From assembly GCA_964388035.1 (NCBI GenBank), contig CAYLZE010000011.1:1-64000 (forward strand): DNA of 64,000 nucleotides. Direction: 5' to 3'. Numbering within the stretch: position 1 is the first letter of the stretch; every line of letters starts with the position of its first letter. This document shows positions 38,759-49,144 of this stretch, piece by piece. This DNA is from an uncultured archaeon (GTDB lineage: Archaea; Asgardarchaeota; Lokiarchaeia; Sigyniarchaeales; SOKP01). The translations under genes and the position numbers were made by a program. A model generated the notes under the pieces. That model searched no databases. It was not told the DNA's origin and was given only the letters and a program-made list of their open reading frames with translations.

Positions 38759-41700
38759 CTAATACTTAAAATGATGCTCTTTTAAAGAAATGGCCCCCTC
38801 TTTCACGTTTTTCTTTAGAATTGTAATGATGACGATTGACATCATGCCGATAACAGAAATGAAAAGTCCAATAGAGAGAAAAGTGGAATTTCGATAAGCA
38901 TCTTGATTTGAAAATTGAGCAGACACGGGGATCTTCACAATATTATCCTCACTCGCTAACGTGGAGTTTCCCTTATTTTGAAACTTCAATATTAAAGTTT
39001 TATTCTGTTTTATAGGACTTTCAAGAGACATGTTAAATTCGACGTTTCCTAAATTATTTGTGATGTAACTCTTTCTCATGAGCAAGATGGTTTGATTGTA
39101 TAAATAAATCGTTATATTTTCATATTGAAGGGGATTCTGAATCCCATTTCTAACATAAAGGAAAGAAACTAAACCTAAAAGTTGTTTTTCTTTTAAGGTT
39201 ACATTCACAACTTTTAAAATTACATCCATTTTATTCATCGTGATATTTTTTTTAAAACAATAATTTTCGTGATTAAATACGTTAGTTAAGTTAAACCAAA
39301 AACTATTAGTTCCTATTGATAAATCTTTATAAGATAATTTAAAAGAAAATTGTCCACCTTCTAGAAAAAAGGATTTCTTAGATAATAGCTCGTTATTCTC
39401 TTTAATCAACAATTCTAACGTTCCATTTTTAATATCAACACTGGTATCAAAAAAGTTGAATAAGTGAATACTAATTTTTTGATCCTCTCCATATTCCATT
39501 ACATCTTGGAATGCGTTCAATTCATAGGAAATCTTACCCTTGTGCACATTAATAAGTAGAGAATTTTTTAAAATGTAGCATTCTTGCTTTGACTTATTCA
39601 AATATAAAAAGATAATTATAACCTCCAATTCACGCGTATTATAAATAGTACAATTTGTGAGGGCAGAGGTGGGTATAATTATATTTTCCTCCATGGTTCC
39701 GAGATCATTATATTTAATACTTTTCCAAATTACATTAAAATCGTCATCTATCAACCAAATCTGGACTGAAGGATTTAAATCATAAGAATTATAGATTATC
39801 CATGAGGCATTTAGTATTATTTTTTCTCCGTATTGGAAATTTTCTTTATTTATTTTAAAGTGATTTACATCCATGCAAGATTCTAATACGATAGAAATGT
39901 TAAAAGGAAAAGTATAATCTTCCATATATAAATCATCGGTATCATTTTCGTGAAAATAATAATAGAGATGAATTTTAAAAAAGAATAAATTCGTTGAATT
40001 TACCATGATTATGTTTAAAGTGGATAAATTAACTTCTAAATTAACTTCATTATATAAGGGAGTATGATATTCCACGCTATTCCATATCAAGAAGCCCGTG
40101 CTATTTAATAGGCATATCTGGATGAATGCATACACGGAAGGAGATTGAGCGGTGTAATTCAAAGTCCAGGAAGCGTGCAAATTAATAGTATCATTAAGAA
40201 AATAATCTTGATTATCCAAGGTTAAATCATGCACGCTAAGACAAGAGGAACCCTTTTTAGAAAGGTTAAAATAGTACGTGAAGGTTTCTAAGTATGAATC
40301 GTCTCGATCGCTTTCATGAAAATAATAACAAAATCGTAATTTAAAATGATATAGATTATTTGGCATTGGTAATGGAAGATTCAAGTCAATTAAATGCAAT
40401 TCTTCGAAAATTAGTTCGGTGGTAATGTCATGATATTCCGAGCTATTCCATACCAGAGCATCAGAACTATTAAAAAGGCAGATTTGGAGAAATGCATCCA
40501 CGGGAAGGGGTTGAGCAGTATAATTTAGGGTCCAAGATGCATTCATATAGAGGATATCGTCCATGTAATACGTTTCTTTATCCGTGCTTAAATAATAGAC
40601 GGTAAGACAAGATAACCCTATTTTTAAAACGTCAAAAGAACAGGTATATTCCTCTAAAAAGAGATCTTCAGTCAGTTCTTCACCGAAGGAAGAAAATAGC
40701 CGAACTTTTAAATAAAAACCCGTCTTTGCCGCGTATAAGAAGGGATTTAATTCAGATAAATTGAGATCGAACAGTAATTCAAGAGGATAGGTTTTACGAT
40801 ACTCCGAACTATTCCAAATTAGAGCATTGGATTCATTAAAAAGACAGATTTGGAGAAAAGCATCAACTAAAGGTGGACTAGGAATTTGGTTCATTATCCA
40901 GGAAGCATTTACTTGTACAATCTCATTTATATAGTATTCCTCTTTATCGATATTCATGTAATGAATCTTTACATAAGATGAGGCGATAATGGAGATATTA
41001 AAAGAGCAAGAATATTCTTCTAAATACAAATCTGCAGTGTCCCTTTCATGAAAATAATAAAAAAGTCGCAGTTTAAATTGAAAGGGATTTTTCATTCTCG
41101 ATAAGAAAAGATCCATAGTTGATAAAATGAATTCTTTATTGATTTGCATGGTGGTAATATCATGATATTCGGAACTATTCCATATCAAGAAGCCCGTGCT
41201 ATTTAAAAGGCATATCTGGATGAAAGCATCCACGGGAGGAGGCTGAGCGGTGTAATTTAATGTCCAGGATGCGTTTAGGTGAATAGATTCATCGATAAGA
41301 TAATCATTCTTATCTATATTCAAATAGATTCCTTGAACACAAGATAATCCTCTTTTAGTTATATTGAAAGAATAAGTATAATCCTCTAAAAAGGTATCTG
41401 CGGTATCTATCTCACTAAAAAAATAAAACAGGCGAAATTTGAAATAGAAAGCCGTGCTATTCTTTGATAAATAAAGATCCATAGTTGATAAGATGAATTC
41501 TTCATTGACTTGCATGGTGGTAATGTCATGATATTCAGAGCTATTCCATATCAAGTAGTCCGTGCTATTTAAAAGGCATATCTGGATGAAAGCATCCACG
41601 GGAGGAGATTGAGCGGTATAATTTAACGTCCAAGAAGCGTTTAAATGGAGCACATTGTCCGTAAAATAAGCTTCTTTATCTGTGTTTAAATAATGAACAT

Positions 41701-42559
41701 TGATACAAGATGATCCTCTTTTAGTTACATTAAAAGAGCAGGTGTAATCCTCTAAATAAAGATCATCCGTGTCGTTTTCATAAAAAAAGTAGTAAAGCCG
41801 TAGCTTAACTGTGCATGTCGTATTCAATTCAGAAAGAGAGAGATCAGATAGGATAATCGGTTCGACAATTTGTACCGTGGTTAAATCGCGATATTCCGAG
41901 CTATTCCATATCAAACTATCAGAATCATTGAAAAGACAAGCTTGCATGAAAACATCATTATATAAAGGATTTGACTCATAATCAAGAGTCCACGAAGCAT
42001 TTAGGATTACAGTCTCGTCAATAAAATATTCATCTTTATCAGTATTCAAGTAATGGACTTGCTGGCACGAAGACCCTCTTTTATTTATCGTGATCTCCTT
42101 AGTAAATTGCTCTAAATATATATTTTGGCTATCTTCGGGTACATATATATCAAAATAATAATAGTGAACTTTAATATATAAATGAGTGGTGTTTGAACTG
42201 AGGAATTCTGGTCCTATATTCAGAATATTTAAGTAAAATTCTTCCGTGATTATTCTATGATCATCGTGAAATTCAGAGCTATTCCATAGAACGGCATTAT
42301 CATTAAGAGCAGAAGCTCCAGAACTATTTACTATACAAATTTGAAAAAATCCATCTACTATTGGGGGTTGGGGGTCATATTCTAAATATCCAGAAAAATT
42401 TAGATATATCGTTTCATCAATATAGTACTCATGCTTATCAGAATTGAGGTAATAGACATTATAATCAACAAAAGCTTTGACCGGGGGCAAAAAATAGATC
42501 CCTGTTAGGACAAATAAGAAAAGTACCAGAAATGTACTGATCATTTTTTTTGCCTGCAT
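38759..42559 (-). CDS. Large type-I membrane surface glycoprotein with eight ~122-aa repeats
   Basis: Signal peptide, repeated YL.TDK..Y...E...LNASW...QICL.N....LIWNSSEY, many N-x-S/T sequons, C-terminal TM and basic tail. Confidence 0.85.
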   Translation of the reverse strand: MQAKKMISTFLVLFLFVLTGIYFLPPVKAFVDYNVYYLNSDKHEYYIDETIYLNFSGYLEYDPQPPIVDGFFQICIVNSSGASALNDNAVLWNSSEFHDDHRIITEEFYLNILNIGPEFLSSNTTHLYIKVHYYYFDIYVPEDSQNIYLEQFTKEITINKRGSSCQQVHYLNTDKDEYFIDETVILNASWTLDYESNPLYNDVFMQACLFNDSDSLIWNSSEYRDLTTVQIVEPIILSDLSLSELNTTCTVKLRLYYFFYENDTDDLYLEDYTCSFNVTKRGSSCINVHYLNTDKEAYFTDNVLHLNASWTLNYTAQSPPVDAFIQICLLNSTDYLIWNSSEYHDITTMQVNEEFILSTMDLYLSKNSTAFYFKFRLFYFFSEIDTADTFLEDYTYSFNITKRGLSCVQGIYLNIDKNDYLIDESIHLNASWTLNYTAQPPPVDAFIQICLLNSTGFLIWNSSEYHDITTMQINKEFILSTMDLFLSRMKNPFQFKLRLFYYFHERDTADLYLEEYSCSFNISIIASSYVKIHYMNIDKEEYYINEIVQVNASWIMNQIPSPPLVDAFLQICLFNESNALIWNSSEYRKTYPLELLFDLNLSELNPFLYAAKTGFYLKVRLFSSFGEELTEDLFLEEYTCSFDVLKIGLSCLTVYYLSTDKETYYMDDILYMNASWTLNYTAQPLPVDAFLQICLFNSSDALVWNSSEYHDITTELIFEELHLIDLNLPLPMPNNLYHFKLRFCYYFHESDRDDSYLETFTYYFNLSKKGSSCLSVHDLTLDNQDYFLNDTINLHASWTLNYTAQSPSVYAFIQICLLNSTGFLIWNSVEYHTPLYNEVNLEVNLSTLNIIMVNSTNLFFFKIHLYYYFHENDTDDLYMEDYTFPFNISIVLESCMDVNHFKINKENFQYGEKIILNASWIIYNSYDLNPSVQIWLIDDDFNVIWKSIKYNDLGTMEENIIIPTSALTNCTIYNTRELEVIIIFLYLNKSKQECYILKNSLLINVHKGKISYELNAFQDVMEYGEDQKISIHLFNFFDTSVDIKNGTLELLIKENNELLSKKSFFLEGGQFSFKLSYKDLSIGTNSFWFNLTNVFNHENYCFKKNITMNKMDVILKVVNVTLKEKQLLGLVSFLYVRNGIQNPLQYENITIYLYNQTILLMRKSYITNNLGNVEFNMSLESPIKQNKTLILKFQNKGNSTLASEDNIVKIPVSAQFSNQDAYRNSTFLSIGLFISVIGMMSIVIITILKKNVKEGAISLKEHHFKY
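39540..42460 (-). repeat. Intragenic tandem repeat, 366-bp period, about 8 units (boundaries approximate)
   Basis: Homologous positions at 40117, 40483, 41215 and 41581 differ by multiples of 366; units 3, 4 and 7 share long near-identical DNA stretches. Confidence 0.85.
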
Positions 42560-42864
42560 TCTATTCTAAGTTTAAATAAAAATATAAATATCCAACTATT
42601 CTTCAAATAGATTCCACCACTTGCGGGAGTCATGTATTGATCAATAAGAATTCGTGAAAGAGAGCATGAGAAAATTACAAATTATCGCTATTTTTCATGT
42701 CTTTTTAGTATCATGGCATTTCATCAAGAAAACAGGTTGAATCCTTTCTAATAAGAGCAAAGATTCCTCGTTTCCATGGAAATTATAAAAAATTTTATTT
42801 GTCTTATTTTATTTTAATTATAAATAATCTATGAATGCATATTGAAATCATTGGAAATGAATGA

Positions 42865-42874
42865 TTTTTAAAAT
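42865..42874 (+). promoter_or_regulatory. Putative TATA box for tRNA-Arg
   Basis: TTTTTAAAAT about 25 nt upstream of the tRNA 5' end, preceded by a purine-rich BRE-like stretch. Confidence 0.45.
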
Positions 42875-42893
42875 AGCATCAAAATTATTGATT

Positions 42894-42999
42894 GGGCCTG
42901 TAATCTAGTCTGGATAGGGTACCCGGCTTCGGACTAGAATGCCGGAGATCCGACATTTTACGAAATGGGTTGTCGCAGGTTCGAATCCTGCCAGGCCCG
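42894..42999 (+). tRNA. tRNA-Arg(TCG) with 31-nt intron in the anticodon arm
   Basis: Acceptor GGGCCTG/CAGGCCC+G; D loop with GG-A20; CCCGG-CTTCGGA; T arm GCAGG-TTCGAAT-CCTGC; 31 extra nt containing a hairpin. Confidence 0.88.
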
Positions 43000-43160
43000 C
43001 TATTCTTTTCTTTAATTCTCTTAATTGGGCGTTAAATTCTTACTATTTATATATGATTAGGGCAATTCATTCTTGGATTTATAAAGTAGAAAACTTAAAT
43101 TCATAAAATAAAAATCAGGCAGAAAAAAAGGAAAAATATGGGTGTCAATAAGAGCTTTTT

Positions 43161-43349
43161 TCAATCATGATTTAAAATGTACATGCATTCGACAAGGCTG
43201 AATTCTTCGATCTTGACTTGATCGAACGAGATCTTATTTTCACATGACCTGTTAGCCATGGGCATTTTAATAACTAATTTTTCTTGTTCTAACCAGAGAT
43301 TATTATAAAAAAATCCATCTTTTTTATTAAAAGCGATGAATTGAGCCAT
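43161..43349 (-). CDS. Short hypothetical protein (uncertain)
   Basis: 62-aa ORF in a gap; no motif. Confidence 0.3.
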   Translation of the reverse strand: MAQFIAFNKKDGFFYNNLWLEQEKLVIKMPMANRSCENKISFDQVKIEEFSLVECMYILNHD

Positions 43350-43450
43350 TATATCTATTTCTAAATAATACCATTCACAATAATTCGATTATATTAAATT
43401 TATTAATTAGTTGCTCTTTTAATGATTAAACTCAATTAGAGGAATTTGAA

Positions 43451-43924
43451 ATGAAGGATTTAAGACAAGAAATAAGAAAAATATTGAAAAAGCAGATGTG
43501 GTTGGTATTAAGCACGGTTGATGATACAAATCAGCCTCATAGCTCAGTGGTCGTGTATCAAAGTGACGGAAATAAAATTTATATACAAACGGGCGAGACT
43601 ACAATAAAAGCAAGAAATATTAAGAATAACACTAAGGTATCGATAACCATTCCGTTTAGAAAAAACTTCTTGCACAAAATCATTCCTGCTCCTCCCGCAG
43701 AATTACATTTCACGGCAAAAGCTGAAATTATATCAAAAGAAGATAAGGAAGCGCGTGAGGTTTTAAAGAAATTCATAAAACAAGCGGAATCAGTTGGGGG
43801 AAGTGATGAGACAATTTGGATTAGAATTACACCCTCAGGGATTATTTCTACTTATGGCGTTGGAATTCCTTTATTGACAATGATGAATCCTTTAAAAGCA
43901 AGAAACATCGTTCATTTAAATTAA
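43451..43924 (+). CDS. Pyridoxamine 5'-phosphate oxidase-like split-barrel flavin/F420-binding protein
   Basis: VLSTVD...QPHSS.V, IYIQT...T.KARNI..N.KVSI. Confidence 0.85.
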   Translation: MKDLRQEIRKILKKQMWLVLSTVDDTNQPHSSVVVYQSDGNKIYIQTGETTIKARNIKNNTKVSITIPFRKNFLHKIIPAPPAELHFTAKAEIISKEDKEAREVLKKFIKQAESVGGSDETIWIRITPSGIISTYGVGIPLLTMMNPLKARNIVHLN

Positions 43925-43996
43925 AAAAACTTCTGTGAATTTAATTTAATTTTTAATAGATTACAAATTAAATATTTCATGTTGAGCTACAATATA

Positions 43997-45043
43997 TTAT
44001 ACCTTATCTATAACGATCATTTTATCTAAAACTTGATCTTGTAAGAGAACGCGAAAATAGGGGGGATCATTTTTATAATTAACTTTTTCTAATTTTCCTT
44101 TAATTAATACTTGCTCGCCATCTTGAGCATGTTCGCAGAACCTGCCACGATATGAAGCTACTTCCCGAATCTCATTTAAATCAATCGCCTTCATCTTGCA
44201 CTCTATTATTTGAATTTTTAGTGGTTTTATAATATAAGTGCAAGGAGTGAATAAGGAATCTTGGGAATCGATGATTTTAGCTTTTAGTTTGATCCTTCCA
44301 AGATTTTCATATTTATAATCATAGTATGAACCCTTCCAGTCCTTGGGACTTTTTAAATAGCGGATGAAGAATTCAAACCCTTTATACATTCCTTGATGTA
44401 ATTTTCTTTTTTCACAAAATAGAAATTTGTCAAAAGGAATATCAGAGCCTCCCACTCTCCATTCATAGTGCGTTTGATACTCAGATAAGGTATATTCCCT
44501 GCAGAAATTGTTTTTCCTGAGAATTGAGGCGAGTTCATCCTGAAAATTCTTGCTAATCTCCGTGCCATAAATGATCAAATCAATATCAGAATGCTCTAGA
44601 TTCAATCCCACCATGGGTGACCCCGAGATTCCAATAGTCGTTTCGGGTAAATTTCCCTCGGAAATAAGCAACTTACAGAGCTCAAGGGAACTTTGTTCTA
44701 AACGAGAGAGAGAGGATTGCTTGGTTAAGACGCGATAATAGTCGCGAGGGGTATAAATCTTCTGAATATCCTCATTCTGTACTCCTTGAAGCTCTAAATC
44801 CCATTGTTCGGAATAAAATAAATACTTGGGATAATTTTTCCTTAGGAATTCATACCTTTCTGCAATATTATAAATTTTTTTATATTTTATTCCATTTTTA
44901 ATTCGATCTCCCGTCGGATCCGGGTAAAAACGAATAAAACATATTTTCCGATCTAACGGATGGTGGATGCCTTTAACATCAAAAAACAAATGATCTTGCT
45001 TAGTTTCAAGATAATCACCTTCAATAGCTTCGAAATCAGTCAT
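43997..45043 (-). CDS. Predicted archaeal Pol-beta-superfamily nucleotidyltransferase (COG1665-like)
   Basis: F.VKG..HP, GISGS..VGL....SDIDLIIYG, SYRGRF...A..GE.V...GKLE; ATG 45043 preferred. Confidence 0.8.
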   Translation of the reverse strand: MTDFEAIEGDYLETKQDHLFFDVKGIHHPLDRKICFIRFYPDPTGDRIKNGIKYKKIYNIAERYEFLRKNYPKYLFYSEQWDLELQGVQNEDIQKIYTPRDYYRVLTKQSSLSRLEQSSLELCKLLISEGNLPETTIGISGSPMVGLNLEHSDIDLIIYGTEISKNFQDELASILRKNNFCREYTLSEYQTHYEWRVGGSDIPFDKFLFCEKRKLHQGMYKGFEFFIRYLKSPKDWKGSYYDYKYENLGRIKLKAKIIDSQDSLFTPCTYIIKPLKIQIIECKMKAIDLNEIREVASYRGRFCEHAQDGEQVLIKGKLEKVNYKNDPPYFRVLLQDQVLDKMIVIDKV

Positions 45044-45127
45044 GGTTTGACTCCAATTAATTGATAGATGAATAATAAAGAGAAGTATGTTTTCCAATAA
45101 GTTTTAGTTAAAAAATATTGGTAATAA

Positions 45128-46072
45128 TTATTCCTCCAGAATAGCTTTTTTCAATTCCCCTATGGTGGTTTTCATTTCAGCATAAACATTGTAGGGGTGA
45201 ATGCTCTCATAGCTTTCTATCTTAAATGTCACCTTAAAATTATCTTGAAGATCGGGGAAATCTCGGGCCAGAAAATTTTTTGCCATTTCTCTTACCACGT
45301 CTTCAGAAAATAAGGGCTTTAAGTGCGCGCTTCGGATCAATTCCGCTTCCTCAGGGCGTTTTAATATGGATTGAATTCTTCCACTCATTGATTCTTCGAT
45401 AACATCAATAATATCCAAAACATCAATTAAATGGTTGTTTAATTGATTGATCTGTAAAATAATAGTACCTTTTGATCGCTGGTTATGTGAGGCGTAGGGT
45501 AAGATATTAATCAATTTAACCAAGTCTTCTTCAGAGACATTGATGTCATTCCTGGCTTCGATGATTTCCCTGGCGTACTCTTGACTCATCTCTTTTGCAC
45601 AAGGACATACTGTCATGCCAACAGCATTGGCGCCAATAAAGAATTTGTATTTAATATTATCTTTATCGTCTTTTTTAGCTATGACGCAAGAGCTAATTTC
45701 ATAAGATTTCTGGATGGTTCTATGCTCATTTTCTCTCATTTGAATTACTATTTTCCCTTCTAATTTCACTTCTGCTTTTGAGGTATAGGGGTGTCTTTCC
45801 ATCAATTTTTCTATGATTCGATAAGCGACGACTTCAATGGAAGGTGCAGGCTTTAAAATGACCTCATTAATGATTTCTTCAATTGTTTCAGAAGTTCTTG
45901 ACATGTGGATTCCCCTTTGTTGAGCAGGTAAGCTAATTAATGCAGAAATTTTGGGATAAAAGGAATATTTTTTATTCTTAACTGTTTCAATTTCTACTTT
46001 CTTCTCTAATCCTATGATTCCTACTTTACCGATTTCTAAATTAACCTGAGGAGCGTTATCTTGTAAATCCAT
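45128..46072 (-). CDS. mptA: GTP cyclohydrolase MptA/FolE2 family
   Basis: DLQD, RGIHMSR, GMTVCPCA, SHNQRS, LKRPEE, EDVVR, ESIH. Confidence 0.9.
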   Translation of the reverse strand: MDLQDNAPQVNLEIGKVGIIGLEKKVEIETVKNKKYSFYPKISALISLPAQQRGIHMSRTSETIEEIINEVILKPAPSIEVVAYRIIEKLMERHPYTSKAEVKLEGKIVIQMRENEHRTIQKSYEISSCVIAKKDDKDNIKYKFFIGANAVGMTVCPCAKEMSQEYAREIIEARNDINVSEEDLVKLINILPYASHNQRSKGTIILQINQLNNHLIDVLDIIDVIEESMSGRIQSILKRPEEAELIRSAHLKPLFSEDVVREMAKNFLARDFPDLQDNFKVTFKIESYESIHPYNVYAEMKTTIGELKKAILEE

Positions 46073-46220
46073 TTTATATTTATGAATGAAGCATCACCAC
46101 GCAATAATTAAAGATCAACATATTTATATTATCTCTAGTTTTAAAAAGATAGAATCAATTTTAATATTTAATATTTTAAAGATTAATAATTCGGTTTTTC
46201 CAATAATTACGAAAAAATAC

Positions 46221-47390
46221 ATGAAAAAAAGAACTCTTTCATTTCCGTATGGCTTAATTGGAAGCGAAATGGAGCTTCAAAAAGATGTTATTATAAACAT
46301 TGATGAAGAGGGGAAAATTAATTCCATTACCGGTGATTCTGATGTAAAAGCTCTCGATCTTATGGAAAAAAAGGAGAATCTATTGGTGATTCCCGGACTA
46401 ATAAACGCACACGCGCATGTGGGGGATAGTTTTGCCAAGGAGGTGGGATTTAATCAGGAGCTAAAACAGGTAGTTGCTCCACCCAATGGATTGAAGCATC
46501 ATTTATTACGTAATATTCCCGAGGAAATCAAATCTAATGGGATTAAAAAGGCAATAGCAGAGATGTTTTGCAATGGTATTACTTGTTTTGCCGACTTCAG
46601 AGAAGAAGGAAGGGCAGGGATTTTGATGATAAAACATATTTTAAATGAGGAATCCATTAAATGCATGATTCTGGGTCGTTTTGAAAATACTGATGAAATG
46701 GGTTCGGTTTTTGAATTAGCAGATGGATTAGGATTAGCAAGTTATAATAAAATTAAAAAGGAGTTCGTGGCTATTTTAAAAAGCCTTAAAAGAAAATATG
46801 GAAAAATTATAGCTTGTCATTGTGCTGAAGTAGAGCGAAAAGAAGAATTGATTGAGAGAGTATTTAATGAAGATTTAATTGATATCATTGTTCATGGAAC
46901 TCACTTTAATGAAAGGGATTTATTGAGGATTAAAGAAAAGCAATTATTTTTGGTTTTATGTCCTCGATCTAATGGATATTTTGGAGTGGGCTTTCCCCCA
47001 ATCAATGAAATATTAAAATTGAACATTCCGGTTAGTATTGGGACTGATAATGTAATGACTAATAATTTAAATCTTTTTGAAGAATTACGATATCTTTATA
47101 GAATCCAGAGAGTATTAAACCATGGCAATGAAAGGGTAGTGATGGGGGGCTTAGACATGTTAAAAATGATTACGATTAATGCTGCCCAAGCATTAAGAAT
47201 GCAACATGAAATTGGTTCGATTTCAGAAGGAAAGGATGGGGATTTTAACCTACTTGATCTCAATCATCCAAATTACTTTACTTCAGATTTAAATAAGAGC
47301 AATATTCATGCCATAATTGTTCAAAGGACTAATCCTGAAAATATTAGAAAAGTGTATATAAAAGGGAAGATTGTATATGAAAAATGTTGA
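46221..47390 (+). CDS. Amidohydrolase-superfamily deaminase
   Basis: PGLINAHAHVGD, CHCAE (HxxE), VHGTH, CPRSN, GTDN; ATG 46221; overlaps the arfC start. Confidence 0.85.
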   Translation: MKKRTLSFPYGLIGSEMELQKDVIINIDEEGKINSITGDSDVKALDLMEKKENLLVIPGLINAHAHVGDSFAKEVGFNQELKQVVAPPNGLKHHLLRNIPEEIKSNGIKKAIAEMFCNGITCFADFREEGRAGILMIKHILNEESIKCMILGRFENTDEMGSVFELADGLGLASYNKIKKEFVAILKSLKRKYGKIIACHCAEVERKEELIERVFNEDLIDIIVHGTHFNERDLLRIKEKQLFLVLCPRSNGYFGVGFPPINEILKLNIPVSIGTDNVMTNNLNLFEELRYLYRIQRVLNHGNERVVMGGLDMLKMITINAAQALRMQHEIGSISEGKDGDFNLLDLNHPNYFTSDLNKSNIHAIIVQRTNPENIRKVYIKGKIVYEKC

Positions 47391-48039
47391 AAAACCTTAT
47401 ATAATATTAAGTTCCGCCATGACAATTGATGGAAAAATTGCATCAAAAATGGGCGATCCTGAATTATCAGATGAGAACGATTGGAGAGAAGTACACGAAT
47501 TAAGAACGCAAGTGGATGGAATTATGGTGGGAAAAGGCACGATCCTTAAGGATGATCCTAAACTTCATATTAAATATTATGACCATGAAGGGTATTATCG
47601 TATTGTTGTTGATAGCCATCTCTCGATTCCAATCACATCAAAAGTGATTGAATATGAGCCTAAAGTGTACCCTACTATTATCTGCACGACTGAAAATGCC
47701 GATTCTCATCGAATAGAGCTTTTTAACGCAAAAGGTGTAAAAATTTTAAAAGCGGGAAAAGAGGAAAAAGTAGATTTGAAATTAGCGTTAACCTTACTTC
47801 ATGATCTGGGCTTGAATAAGATCCTTCTAGAAGGAGGAGGGACTTTAAACTGGAGCTTTTTTGAAATGGATTTAATTAATGAAATTAGATTAACAATCGC
47901 CCCTTGGGTAGTTGGAGGAAGGGATGCAATTAGTTTGGTAGAGGGGAATGGGTTTGATAAAATGATAGAATGTCCAAAATATACCTTAAAAAATGTAAAA
48001 GAGAGAGATAATTATGTGATCCTACATTATTATAGATGA
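47377..48039 (+). CDS. arfC: 2,5-diamino-6-ribosylamino-4(3H)-pyrimidinone 5'-phosphate reductase (RibD_C)
   Basis: AMTIDGKIA, VHELR..VDGIMVG.GT..KDDP.L, LLEGGGTLNW; no N-terminal deaminase domain. Confidence 0.88.
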   Translation: MKNVEKPYIILSSAMTIDGKIASKMGDPELSDENDWREVHELRTQVDGIMVGKGTILKDDPKLHIKYYDHEGYYRIVVDSHLSIPITSKVIEYEPKVYPTIICTTENADSHRIELFNAKGVKILKAGKEEKVDLKLALTLLHDLGLNKILLEGGGTLNWSFFEMDLINEIRLTIAPWVVGGRDAISLVEGNGFDKMIECPKYTLKNVKERDNYVILHYYR

Positions 48040-48043
48040 AGAT

Positions 48044-49144
48044 ATGACCGAAGAAAATCAGATAAAAAAATTTAAGGACGTATCTCTTAATCGATTAAAA
48101 GAACGCGTAAAAGAAATTAGGCAAGAATTGGTTAAAGAGAAAAGGCATATCATCACCTATTCTCGCAACTTCACCTTATCTCTCACTAATTACTGTCAAA
48201 ATCAATGTGGATATTGTTTTTATAATTTTAGGATTCCAAAATTATCTGGAGAAGGCAATGTGATCCTCTTAGAAAATGACGTCATGAGAGAGATTATCCG
48301 GAATGGAATCAAGCATGATTGTAAAGAAGCGTTACTGATGTCTGGAGAGCGTCCCGATACTTTCGAGGAGGTAAAAAAGGAATTAGAGGCCCGAAGTTGC
48401 CATGGCTTTATCGAATTTGTTAAGGATATATGTACTTATGTATTAGATTTTAATATCTTACCTCATACGAATATAGGGATTCTTTCTTATCAAGAATTGA
48501 AAGAATTAAAACCATTCAATGCTAGTATGGGCTTAATGTTAGAGAGCACGAATTTAGAACTCTTTAAAAAAGGAGGAGTGCATGAATTTTCTCCCACGAA
48601 GCGCCCTGCAATCAGGATAAAACATTTGGAAGATGCGGGAAAATTAAAAATTCCCTTTACAACGGGATTATTATTAGGGATTGGAGAAAGTTTAGAAGAT
48701 AGAGTGAAGGATTTATTATTGATTAGAAAGATTCATGAACAATTCGGCCATATTCAAGAAATTATCCTTCAAAATTTCGAATACAAAGAGGGGATTCCCT
48801 ATGTTCCACAAAAACAAATTACTATTGAGGAAATGCTAAAAACAGTAGGGATTGCGAAGATCCTTTTTCATAATGAAGTAGCCATCCAAGTGCCCCCCAA
48901 TTTGATTACAGGGCATGAAAAAGCATTTCTAGAAATGGGTGTGAACGATTTCGGTGGTATATCCCCTTTTACTCCCGATTATATCAATCCTGAAGCTCCA
49001 TGGCCGAATCTTCTAGATATAAAAAAAACTTGCGAAAGATATGGGTATGTATTAAAGGAACGTTTAGCAATTTATGATAAATTCATATCGAAAAAGGAAT
49101 TTTGTCCAGAAACTATTAAAAAAAGAATAGATAATATTACATAG
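48044..49144 (+). CDS. cofG: FO synthase subunit CofG (radical SAM)
   Basis: ITYSRN..LSLT.YCQNQCGYC, LPHTN.G, SMGLMLE, PFTTGLLLGIGE, QVPPNL, DYINPEAPWP. Confidence 0.93.
   Translation: MTEENQIKKFKDVSLNRLKERVKEIRQELVKEKRHIITYSRNFTLSLTNYCQNQCGYCFYNFRIPKLSGEGNVILLENDVMREIIRNGIKHDCKEALLMSGERPDTFEEVKKELEARSCHGFIEFVKDICTYVLDFNILPHTNIGILSYQELKELKPFNASMGLMLESTNLELFKKGGVHEFSPTKRPAIRIKHLEDAGKLKIPFTTGLLLGIGESLEDRVKDLLLIRKIHEQFGHIQEIILQNFEYKEGIPYVPQKQITIEEMLKTVGIAKILFHNEVAIQVPPNLITGHEKAFLEMGVNDFGGISPFTPDYINPEAPWPNLLDIKKTCERYGYVLKERLAIYDKFISKKEFCPETIKKRIDNIT

Noticed and set aside
39540-42460. CRISPR array or DGR-type repeats
   Set aside because: The repeats are in-frame 366-bp coding units with no spacers, and no cas or reverse transcriptase gene is present.
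42923-42945. Reading the second tRNA as tRNA-Pro(CGG) through a CCGGC/GCCGG stem
   Set aside because: This needs an extra base after the D stem and two introns; A20 and G73 fit Arg identity.
37824-42999. Integrated element bounded by the two tRNAs
   Set aside because: The tRNAs point outward, and no duplicated tRNA 3' end (att site) or integrase was seen.
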